A DNA stretch of 54,714 bases from Candidatus Saccharimonadota bacterium (lineage in GTDB: Bacteria > Patescibacteriota > Saccharimonadia > Saccharimonadales > Saccharimonadaceae), in the NCBI GenBank assembly GCA_027492975.1, contig JAPUDS010000022.1:1-54714 (forward strand). The letters run 5' to 3'. The notes beneath the pieces are model-generated. The model was not told the DNA's origin, did no database searches, and saw only the letters and a program-made list of their open reading frames with translations. The position numbers were made by a program, and so were the translations under genes. This document shows, in pieces, positions 1 to 7,213 of this stretch; positions within the stretch are counted from its first letter, which is position 1; the number at the start of each line of letters is the position of its first letter.

Positions 1-68
1 CTATCGGTGCGCTTATCGGTGTTGTCTCGTCGCGACTCGCGGTGCGGCGGTATCTCAAGTTGTCGTAG
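1..68 (+). CDS. 3' end of a CDS that starts outside the window. The C-terminal peptide IGALIGVVSSRLAVRRYLKLS* resembles the last TM helix and basic tail of FtsX-type permeases.
   Basis: The frame is open from the window edge to TAG at 66-68. It has a hydrophobic stretch followed by an RRYLK tail. The next gene is a PcsB-like hydrolase, the classical FtsEX partner. Confidence 0.35.
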   Translation, partial: IGALIGVVSSRLAVRRYLKLS

Positions 69-70
69 CT

Positions 71-110
71 GGCGAATGCGGAGTCGGGGGAGGTTTTCGA
101 GATTCAGGCC
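71..110 (+). repeat. Copy A of a ~40-nt intergenic repeat: GGCGAATGCGGAGTCGGGGGAGGTTTTCGAGATTCAGGCC
   Basis: Near-identical copies lie at 3238-3279 (+) and 3153-3192 (inverted), with a partial copy at 10674-10696. Copy A ends 9 nt before the -35 at 120. Confidence 0.8.
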
Positions 111-119
111 TTGAAACTG

Positions 120-148
120 TTGACATTTAAAACGCTAAAGGCTATAAT
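120..148 (+). promoter_or_regulatory. Consensus sigma70-type promoter (TTGACA-17 nt-TATAAT) for the CHAP hydrolase gene
   Basis: TTGACA at 120-125, a 17-nt spacer, and TATAAT at 143-148, 24 nt before the ATG at 173. Confidence 0.65.
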
Positions 149-172
149 GAAGAGGTTATTGTAGGTATAAAT

Positions 173-1312
173 ATGAAAAATCAGGCCACCACACCAAAAA
201 ACAACAGATTCTTTCACCGTAGTTTTCTCATCGTTATCGCGATGTTATGTTCGGTTATCGTACCTATTTCTATGGTGCAGACCGTCCAGGCTGATCAGTA
301 TGACGATCGTATACGGGCGCTCGAAAGCCAGATAGCCGGGTATCAGGACCAGGCGTCACAGCTTGCGCAGCAGGCAGCGTCACTTCAGCAGGCTCTCGAC
401 AACCTGACGGCACAGAAAAATACTATCCAGGCGCAGGTTAACCTGAGTCAGGCGAAACATGACAAACTGGTCGCCGATATAGCGGCCAACGAAAAGAAAC
501 TCCAAGCACAACAGGGTGTTTTGACGTCTATCGTATCGCTCATGGTCGCCGAAGAACAGGTGACGCCTATAGAAATTTTGGCGAGTAGTTCATCGGTTGG
601 AGATTATGTCGCGCGGCAAGATCAGCTGACGGCGACATCGGGTCAGCTCCAAAATTCCATAACGACGATAAATAAAGTCAAAGCCGAACTTGCTCAGCAA
701 AAAGCCGATGTTGAAAAGGTGCTTGCAGACCAAAAATCTCAGCGCGACGCGTTAGCCGCAAAAGAAGCGGAACAAGCGGAGCTTTTGGCGGCGACGCAGA
801 ATCAAGAAGCAACCTACCAGTCGCTCATCGGCCAGGCGAGCAGTCAGATAGCGAAACAGCGCGCTGACCAGGCTGCGGCAAATGCCCGTGCGAACTTCAC
901 TGGCCTCGTCTCTGGTGGCAGTGGTTGCGGCGGATATCCAGCCGTCTGGTGCAATGCACCGCTCGATAGTCTGGTCGACAACTGGGGTATGTACAACCGC
1001 GAATGCGTTAGTTATACAGCCTGGAAAGTCGCTTCGACGGGTCGCTATATGCCGTACTGGGGCGGGCGAGGCAACGCAAATCAATGGCCTTCTAGCGCGC
1101 GAACTGACGGTATACCGGTTGGCTACACGCCAAAGGTTGGTGCTGTTGCCATACTGATGTCCGGCTACTATGGTCACTCTATGTATGTTGAACGTATCAA
1201 CGGTGACGGCACGGTTCACGTTAGTCAATTCAACTGGCTGGTGAACGGACAGTGGGGCCGTTACAGCGAGATGGATATCGCAGCATCTGGCTTAACTTAC
1301 ATCTACTTCTAG
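173..1312 (+). CDS. Secreted PcsB-like peptidoglycan hydrolase: N-terminal signal/TM, long coiled coil, C-terminal CHAP amidase/peptidase domain
   Basis: Hydrophobic N-terminus (FLIVIAMLCSVIVPISMVQTVQA). A Q/A/L-rich heptad-like region follows. The C-terminus has C..Y.NRECVSYTAWK...GNANQW...GH..YVE, typical of CHAP. Confidence 0.8.
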   Translation: MKNQATTPKNNRFFHRSFLIVIAMLCSVIVPISMVQTVQADQYDDRIRALESQIAGYQDQASQLAQQAASLQQALDNLTAQKNTIQAQVNLSQAKHDKLVADIAANEKKLQAQQGVLTSIVSLMVAEEQVTPIEILASSSSVGDYVARQDQLTATSGQLQNSITTINKVKAELAQQKADVEKVLADQKSQRDALAAKEAEQAELLAATQNQEATYQSLIGQASSQIAKQRADQAAANARANFTGLVSGGSGCGGYPAVWCNAPLDSLVDNWGMYNRECVSYTAWKVASTGRYMPYWGGRGNANQWPSSARTDGIPVGYTPKVGAVAILMSGYYGHSMYVERINGDGTVHVSQFNWLVNGQWGRYSEMDIAASGLTYIYF

Positions 1313-1462
1313 AATTTTACCCTCCTCGCACACCCTTCCGCGTCACGGCTTACATGTCAGGTCTTTCTCAGGTTGCGGATGTATCGTAAGAGGAATGCTC
1401 GGGTGGCTCGTCTGTCGTCCATTCTGTGCTATAGTGGACTAAGCATAAACGGAGAAATGTGA

Positions 1463-2665
1463 GTGGAGAAGGTTCGGTCGCCAAAACAGGCGCATGCGCA
1501 CACAAAAAAACAAGTCTCGTTGTCAACGGTTGTTATGGCCTGTGTTGTGGTCGCCGTTGGATTTTTTGCACTGGGGACTCGTGCCTACTTACTGCCGTCG
1601 CCATTTTCGAAATCTACGGCGCCGAGCCAACTCGACTTTAGTTCACTCGACGAGCTGTATGCGGTTGTGAAAGATAACTATGACGGAACGCTTGACGCGG
1701 AAAAACTTATCGACGGCGCGAAACACGGCATGGTAGACGCGATAGGCGACCCGCACACGGTATACTTTGATGCCAACGAAGCAAAGGCATTTAGCAGCGA
1801 CCTGAACGGCACGTTTGAAGGTATCGGCGCGGAGCTTGGCAAAGTAAATGGCCAGCTAACGATCTTGAGCGTTATAGCTGACAGTCCGGCGGAAAAAGCT
1901 GCTTTGCAGAAAAATGACATCATACTGAAAGTCAACGGTGAAGATACGTCATCTATGACGGTCGGCGCGGCGGTTTCAAAAATCCGCGGCGACAAAGGCA
2001 CGACTGTTAAGCTGGCGATTCTTCGGGGAGACACGACGAAAGAATACGCGATCACCCGTGACAAAATCACTAGTCCGAGCGTGAGCACCGAAATTCTGGA
2101 CGGAAATGTCGGCTACTTGCGTATCTCGCGTTTTGGTGACGACACAGCGTCTCTCGCAACGCAAGCGGCTGAAAAATTCAAGTCACAGGGTGTCACAAAA
2201 GTCATTTTAGACCTTCGGGGTAACGGCGGCGGGCTGCTCATAGCGGCACAGAGCGTTGCAAGTTTGTGGCTCAAGGACAAGGTTATCGTGAGCGAACGGA
2301 CCGGCGGGGCGACGACCAGTACACTGCGTTCGACTGGCCAGGCGGTGCTCGAAGGCGTCCAGACTATTGTGCTTGTTGATGGTGACAGCGCAAGTGCGAG
2401 CGAAATTGTCGCCGGTGCGCTCAAAGATCATGGTGTCGCAACACTTCTCGGCGAAAAAACATATGGCAAGGGAAGTGTGCAGGGTGTTGAAGATTTGATC
2501 GGCGGCGGTCAGCTCAAAGTAACCATAGCAAAATGGTACACACCGAACGGGGTCAATATCGACAAAGAAGGTATCTCACCAGATAAAGAAGTAAAACTCT
2601 CCGAAGATGCTGTAAAGGCGGGCAAAGATAACCAGAAAGACGCCGCACTCGCTCAGCTTCGTTAG
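1463..2665 (+). CDS. Carboxy-terminal processing peptidase, family S41, with PDZ domain
   Basis: N-terminal TM. PDZ-like GIGAELGKVNGQLTILSVIADSPAEKAALQKNDIILKVNG. S41 motifs LDLRGNGGG, SASASEIVAGALKD and GEKTYGKGSVQ. GTG start with GGAG 8 nt upstream. Confidence 0.85.
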   Translation: MEKVRSPKQAHAHTKKQVSLSTVVMACVVVAVGFFALGTRAYLLPSPFSKSTAPSQLDFSSLDELYAVVKDNYDGTLDAEKLIDGAKHGMVDAIGDPHTVYFDANEAKAFSSDLNGTFEGIGAELGKVNGQLTILSVIADSPAEKAALQKNDIILKVNGEDTSSMTVGAAVSKIRGDKGTTVKLAILRGDTTKEYAITRDKITSPSVSTEILDGNVGYLRISRFGDDTASLATQAAEKFKSQGVTKVILDLRGNGGGLLIAAQSVASLWLKDKVIVSERTGGATTSTLRSTGQAVLEGVQTIVLVDGDSASASEIVAGALKDHGVATLLGEKTYGKGSVQGVEDLIGGGQLKVTIAKWYTPNGVNIDKEGISPDKEVKLSEDAVKAGKDNQKDAALAQLR

Positions 2666-2710
2666 CACACCCGACTTGTAAGCGTGAGCACTCTGGTGTA
2701 CCATAGGGAT

Positions 2711-3100
2711 ATGGAACCAAAAAAGAAGATATTGCTCGTCGAAGATGATACCGCGCTGGCTACTGTGTATCGTTCTCGACTGGAGCTTGAAGGATTTGAT
2801 GTTGACCACGTTTCGAACGGTGAGCTGGCGCTCAGCCGTGTCGTAGAATACAAACCTGATCTTGTCGTTCTGGACGCGATGATGCCAAAAGTCAACGGCT
2901 TTGACGTGCTCGATATACTGCGTAACACACCCGAGACGACTAACGTTCGGGTTATCATGCTGACAGCACTCAGCCAGCCAAAAGACAAAGAACGCGCCGA
3001 ACAACTCGGGGCAGATGATTATCTCGTGAAGTCACAGGTTGTTATAGGTGATGTCGTAGAACGGATCAAGCATCATCTCGGCATGGATTTGCCGAGGTAG
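2711..3100 (+). CDS. Single-domain response regulator (receiver only, CheY-like)
   Basis: KKILLVEDD ... DLVVLDAMMPKVNG ... IMLTA ... DYLVK receiver signature with no output domain. The ATG at 2711 is preferred over the GTG at 2684. Confidence 0.8.
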   Translation: MEPKKKILLVEDDTALATVYRSRLELEGFDVDHVSNGELALSRVVEYKPDLVVLDAMMPKVNGFDVLDILRNTPETTNVRVIMLTALSQPKDKERAEQLGADDYLVKSQVVIGDVVERIKHHLGMDLPR

Positions 3101-3121
3101 GGAAACAGAGCCTTTTGACAC

Positions 3122-3147
3122 AAACAGGCAGTTCACTGCCTGTTTTG
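3122..3147 (+). terminator. Rho-independent terminator after the response regulator gene
   Basis: AAACAGGCAG-ttca-CTGCCTGTTT hairpin followed by TGTT. Confidence 0.7.
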
Positions 3148-3152
3148 TTCTA

Positions 3153-3192
3153 GCCTGAAATCCCGAAACACTCCCCGCTCCCCGCATTCGCC
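3153..3192 (-). repeat. Copy B (inverted orientation) of the 40-nt intergenic repeat
   Basis: The reverse complement GGCGAATGCGGGGAGCGGGGAGTGTTTCGGGATTTCAGGC matches copies A and C with a few mismatches. With copy C it forms an inverted pair separated by about 45 nt. Confidence 0.75.
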
Positions 3193-3237
3193 AAATCGCC
3201 AACTATGATATCTCTCTTATCTCAGCTTTTTGCAGGT

Positions 3238-3279
3238 GCGAAAAATGCGGAGTCGGGGGAGGTTTTCGGGATTTCAGGT
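3238..3279 (+). repeat. Copy C of the 40-nt intergenic repeat
   Basis: GCGAAAAATGCGGAGTCGGGGGAGGTTTTCGGGATTTCAGGT. It ends 17 nt before the -35 at 3297. Confidence 0.8.
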
Positions 3280-3296
3280 ACTCTATATCATTATAC

Positions 3297-3325
3297 TTGA
3301 CAAAAGGGCAAGTATTTGCTATACT
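3297..3325 (+). promoter_or_regulatory. sigma70-type promoter (TTGACA-17 nt-TATACT) for the 3356 gene
   Basis: TTGACA at 3297-3302 and TATACT at 3320-3325. Confidence 0.6.
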
Positions 3326-3355
3326 GAAAGGGTAAGGTAATGAAAAAATAAATAT

Positions 3356-3907
3356 ATGAGCGAAAATCTAACTTTCAACCAAATAAATGACCAAGTTTCT
3401 TCAGCATATCGAAAGCAGGATGCTATAGAGCCCGCTGTTTTAATTGAGCGATCAGACGGTCGGATAACGACCGGAAAGCTTGAGATAGGCACTAGAAATG
3501 TTTTATTCTCTGAGGATGGCCTGGACAAGATGCGTCCGAACGTCTCTCTCGAGAAATTGTCTGACCAGAACCAGGAGAGGTTGGCGGCGGAGTTGGCTGG
3601 CGTAGCCCTGCATGGTAGCGCAGTTGATAGTGGAGTGGAAAATCAAGAATCTAGCGATGAGGCCAGGATTGCTGAGCTTGAGGCCAGCATAGATGCGATT
3701 CGAGCATCTTTCTCGGCAGAAGACCAGGTCGGGGTATGGCAGTTTGCTAGCTCTCGCTTTCCTCATGAAGAACAAAACGCGCGTGCAAAACTAAGCCCAG
3801 AAGGACACAAGAGAATGGGTGAGCTGTACAAGTTACAAGACCTTTCTAGAGAGCTATCGAAGATTCATACGGCTCGTCATATGGCTCAGTTTGATCACCC
3901 GGCCTAA
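3356..3907 (+). CDS. Hypothetical acidic protein, no recognisable domain
   Basis: 183-aa ORF with its own promoter and a downstream terminator. No motif recognised. Confidence 0.55.
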   Translation: MSENLTFNQINDQVSSAYRKQDAIEPAVLIERSDGRITTGKLEIGTRNVLFSEDGLDKMRPNVSLEKLSDQNQERLAAELAGVALHGSAVDSGVENQESSDEARIAELEASIDAIRASFSAEDQVGVWQFASSRFPHEEQNARAKLSPEGHKRMGELYKLQDLSRELSKIHTARHMAQFDHPA

Positions 3908-3925
3908 TCGGCCTAATCCAAAATA

Positions 3926-3954
3926 AGATACCTTACGCATCCGATAAGGTATCT
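3926..3954. terminator. Bidirectional hairpin terminator between convergent genes
   Basis: AGATACCTTA-9 nt-TAAGGTATCT perfect 10-bp stem between the 3356 gene and rpmA. It is preceded by the tandem duplication GGCCTAATC x2 (3901-3918). Confidence 0.6.
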
Positions 3955-3972
3955 TTCGAGATTAGTTACTTG

Positions 3973-4245
3973 TTACTCGACGACAACTTGTGTGCGGCGA
4001 GCGGTTTTGCCGGTAAAACGGCGGGTTTTGACTTCACGAAAACCAACGACACCGTCTTTGGCGGCGTGGATAGTGAAGTTTTTGCTCATATAGGTTCCTG
4101 GACCGGCTTGTTTGGTTTCGCCGACCTGGCGAACGATAACACCACCAGCACGAACGCTTTGACCACCAAACAGCTTGACGCCGAGGCGCTGACCGGGTGA
4201 ATCTTTGACGTTTTTGGCGGTACCACCAGCTTTAACGTGTGACAT
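3973..4245 (-). CDS. rpmA: 50S ribosomal protein L27
   Basis: MSHVKAGGTAKNVKDSPGQRLGVKLFGGQ...GGVIVRQ.G is the L27 signature. AAGGAG RBS upstream. No rplU is adjacent. Confidence 0.93.
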   Translation of the reverse strand: MSHVKAGGTAKNVKDSPGQRLGVKLFGGQSVRAGGVIVRQVGETKQAGPGTYMSKNFTIHAAKDGVVGFREVKTRRFTGKTARRTQVVVE

Positions 4246-4336
4246 AGTTTCTCCTTACGTTTCTAAACAGACTGGGAAATATTTTAGCAAAAACAGATGT
4301 GAAATGCAAGGGAAAAGACGTAGATTAGGGTTTTCA

Positions 4337-4365
4337 TTGCATTTTCTTCTTGCTCATGCTAAACT
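4337..4365 (+). promoter_or_regulatory. sigma70-type promoter (TTGCAT-17 nt-TAAACT)
   Basis: TTGCAT at 4337-4342 and TAAACT at 4360-4365, upstream of the AGGAG RBS and the ATG at 4425. Confidence 0.5.
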
Positions 4366-4464
4366 ACCCCCATACTCAACTAGAGAGAGTAAGAGAAAAC
4401 CAAAAACCAGGAGCAAACTAAACCATGGGCGAACAAACCCTAGAACAAACTATTCGTATAGTCG

Positions 4465-5973
4465 TTGGCAATGGCGGAGGTACTCTTGCTGACACTGGCC
4501 TCAACCTACCGTTCTTTATTGCTCTTGCCCTCGGTCTCCTCGCTCTCGGTTTCTTGGTCTCTCTTCCTCTCTCATCGCACTCACAAACTCTCCTTCCAGC
4601 ACCCTACCCCCCAAAGCTCTTCACACTCTTCACACTCTCCTCACTCTCCTCACTCTCCTCACTCTGCTTACTCTACCTTCAAACACTCCATCCTGAACAA
4701 CTTCAAAAACCTCACCGTCTTCACTCTCCTCACGCTTAGCATTACCTCACTCGCTTTCTCTCTTCCCACTGTCTCCGCCGCTCCAACTCTCACCCTAGCT
4801 ACTAACCAACAAACCCTCAACCTTACTATCCCAAAAGGCGGAGGAACTGCAACCACCACCACAACCATAACAACTAGCACACTGAATGACACTGGCTATA
4901 TACTTACTGCTGCACTTGAAGCAGCAGAGCCTGGGATAGGGATAGAGCTAAAAGGTGGCAACATCACTACCAACACTCCACTCACAGCAGCAACCAGTGA
5001 GACACCACTCACTCTTGCAACAACGACTGAAGCGAACTCCTCAGACCCAGAATCTTCAAGCGCTACCGATACTACCACCGTAGATCTTACCTTCACAGTA
5101 GACTCCACTGTCACCGAAGGCACGAAACAACTCAAGCTTATATACAAAGCCGTAGACAACGAACCAGCCACCAACACTGAACCAGTAGCTCCTACTACCA
5201 TGCAAACCATGACCAAAGACTACTGCACTAACCACATGACCATCTATGACGGCACTAACCCGAGCGCCATCCTCACCCTCCAAGATAACCGCGGTGCTAC
5301 TCCAGCCGACTACCGGACGTATGAGGTCGCCAAACTTGCTGACAATAACTGTTGGATGCTTGAGAACTTGAAGTTAGGTTCGACAACTGGGACACTAACT
5401 CTAACGTCGGCCGACACCGACATTGCTAGCGACTTCGTACTACCACAAGTTGTCACGACGGGTACTCCGAGTTATGACGATCCTGGTGTGTATGGTCCAG
5501 TACCGGGTGATACTGGCTCGGGCGCTACTAACTATGGGTATCTGTATAACTGGCCAGCAGCTACAGCGGGGGAGTCGCGTACTAGCATGCCGGCAGGGAG
5601 TGGCGATGCACCGTACTCTATATGTGCAGCGGGGTGGAAGTTGCCGACAGGTGATGTCTGGGGTGAATTTGCCGAGCTTGATATGGCTTTCGGAGGAACG
5701 GGTAGTTATGCAAGCTTTGGTCCTTCTCTCAACAGCTGGCGATACAACGGTCCATTTAAAGGACAATTGGCTGGTAGATGGGACAATGGTTTCTGGGCCT
5801 ATGGTTCGTTCGGTCAAGGTAGATGGTGGTCCGGGTCGGTGAGTTCAAGTACTGGCTATGCCCTCGGTGTAAGAGTTCCTAATAGTAGCAGTGGCGATCT
5901 CTTCCCTGGCGACGGCGAAGCTCTTCGTACTTATGGGTTTAGCCTTCGTTGTATACTTCCAACGGTTCTTTAA
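4465..5973 (+). CDS. Secreted Thr-rich protein with a C-terminal Fibrobacter succinogenes major paralogous (FISUMP, TIGR02145-like) domain. The start is uncertain.
   Basis: Internal signal-peptide-like FKNLTVFTLLTLSITSLAFSLPTVSA|AP. Thr/Ser-rich linker. FISUMP-like motifs CWMLENLKLG, YGYLYNW, CAAGWKLPTGDVW and GFSLRCI. An overlapping ORF at 4425-4739 in another frame holds the only good RBS-ATG. Confidence 0.7.
   Translation: MAMAEVLLLTLASTYRSLLLLPSVSSLSVSWSLFLSHRTHKLSFQHPTPQSSSHSSHSPHSPHSPHSAYSTFKHSILNNFKNLTVFTLLTLSITSLAFSLPTVSAAPTLTLATNQQTLNLTIPKGGGTATTTTTITTSTLNDTGYILTAALEAAEPGIGIELKGGNITTNTPLTAATSETPLTLATTTEANSSDPESSSATDTTTVDLTFTVDSTVTEGTKQLKLIYKAVDNEPATNTEPVAPTTMQTMTKDYCTNHMTIYDGTNPSAILTLQDNRGATPADYRTYEVAKLADNNCWMLENLKLGSTTGTLTLTSADTDIASDFVLPQVVTTGTPSYDDPGVYGPVPGDTGSGATNYGYLYNWPAATAGESRTSMPAGSGDAPYSICAAGWKLPTGDVWGEFAELDMAFGGTGSYASFGPSLNSWRYNGPFKGQLAGRWDNGFWAYGSFGQGRWWSGSVSSSTGYALGVRVPNSSSGDLFPGDGEALRTYGFSLRCILPTVL
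4617..4679 (+). repeat. Tandem 9-bp repeat, 7 units (CTCTTCACA x2, CTCTCCTCA x3, CTCTGCTTA, CTCTACCTT)
   Basis: Read directly. It encodes (SSH)(SSH)(SPH)3 in one frame and (LFT)2(LSS)3 in the overlapping frame. Confidence 0.85.
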
Positions 5974-7176
5974 GCTAAGAACTACTTTAGTGAGAACAAC
6001 GAGCTCGCGACCGGTCACCTGGTCGTCGCGGCGGTAGATGAGGTCGCCTGGAGCGGTGTCGAAGCTGACGCGCTGGAAGCCGAGGCGCTCGAGTTCGCCA
6101 AGGACAGGGAGGTGGTGGAGTGTATCGTTGACAAACCAAGCCGGCATGGCTATACAAAGGCGAGCGTCTTTTGGCAGCTGAGAAGCAATATTTTTAAGAA
6201 AACCGCGCATGACAGTGTTGCAGCTATGGATGATGGACTGGAGTTTTTCAGCAGTCGGTTGCTGGCCGCCGAGGGGCTGGCCGAGGTAGGCTTCGGTGGC
6301 TATAGAGAAGGATGAAGGATGAAGGATGAAGGATGAAGAATCCCAGGTACGAGAAGTTGCGTCGGCAGCCTCCAGTTTGATTCTTCCTTCTACCTTCATC
6401 TTTCTCTCTTCTGAAAGCCAACGTAAGTTGGCTGCAGTATAGTCAACCATCTTCTGACTAATATCGCTGCCGTAAACGTCGTAGCCCATGAGTAATGCTT
6501 CCTGAAGGATGACGCCCGTCCCGCAGAAGGGGTCGAGAATTGCTGTTTCTTCCGATCTTCCGATCTCGCCCACAGCGAGATTGACGATGATCTGTGCCAG
6601 CTTCGGCGGCAGCATACCGACGAAGGCATCACGCTTTGGGCGCTCGCGGTCGCGGATGCGGTAGGTGTTGATGTTTTGGACGCTCGTGACGCGGCCGATG
6701 AGGGTTTGGTCGCCGTCGCGGATGAGTACGAACTCTAGTCCAAGGGTGCTAGCTAGCGAGTTATGGAACGTTTGGGCGCTCGAGAGAGCAGGCGTCTCGT
6801 TTGGCACAACTCGAACTGACCGGCCGGATGAGCGGATGATTTTTTTGAGTCGCAGTGCCTCGCCGCCGAGTTCGTAGGGCGATATATCAAAACCGTAGAC
6901 GCTGAGACCAAGTTTTATTTTGCCATCTGCGGGAAGTATTTTCAGGAGGTCGGGGAGTGTGGAGGCGATTTTTTTAAATACGGTTTTGCGCGAAATATCC
7001 GGGAGCGACACCAGAAGCTCGGCTGCTTTGACGCTGCCGCCGAGCCGCGAGAAGTCAACCTCGGCGTCGACAAGCGCGCAAGTTTCGCCGACCGGACGAA
7101 CATGCTCGCTACCATATAACGACTCAAGCTCGGCAAGTCCGAGTTCGGGTTGGCGGCCTAAAACGCAAATAGTCAT
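5845..7176 (-). CDS. Class I SAM-dependent (RNA) methyltransferase, Trm11/UPF0020-like
   Basis: SAM motif I ILDPFCGTGVILQEA, then YGSDIS. The ATG at 7176 (MTICVLGRQPELGLAELE) is preferred over the upstream extension. The 3' end overlaps the convergent FISUMP gene by 129 nt. Confidence 0.6.
   Translation of the reverse strand: MTICVLGRQPELGLAELESLYGSEHVRPVGETCALVDAEVDFSRLGGSVKAAELLVSLPDISRKTVFKKIASTLPDLLKILPADGKIKLGLSVYGFDISPYELGGEALRLKKIIRSSGRSVRVVPNETPALSSAQTFHNSLASTLGLEFVLIRDGDQTLIGRVTSVQNINTYRIRDRERPKRDAFVGMLPPKLAQIIVNLAVGEIGRSEETAILDPFCGTGVILQEALLMGYDVYGSDISQKMVDYTAANLRWLSEERKMKVEGRIKLEAADATSRTWDSSSFILHPSSFSIATEAYLGQPLGGQQPTAEKLQSIIHSCNTVMRGFLKNIASQLPKDARLCIAMPAWFVNDTLHHLPVLGELERLGFQRVSFDTAPGDLIYRRDDQVTGRELVVLTKVVLSLKNRWKYTTKAKPISTKSFAVAREEIATATIRNSYTEGIAST
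6307..6341. repeat. Tandem heptanucleotide repeat GAAGGAT, 4 perfect units plus 1 degenerate, inside the methyltransferase CDS
   Basis: Units start at 6307, 6314, 6321, 6328 and 6335 (GAAGAAT). Confidence 0.9.
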
Positions 7177-7213
7177 GTTTGTATTATACCTGTACGGAGC
7201 TATACTGGATAGC

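Noticed and set aside
6920-7213. N-terminal 98-codon extension of the flippase-like ORF, and the 27-codon extension of the methyltransferase ORF to 7257
   Set aside because: The extensions overlap the divergent neighbour and are S/R-rich. Internal ATGs at 7214 and 7176 give family-typical N-termini.
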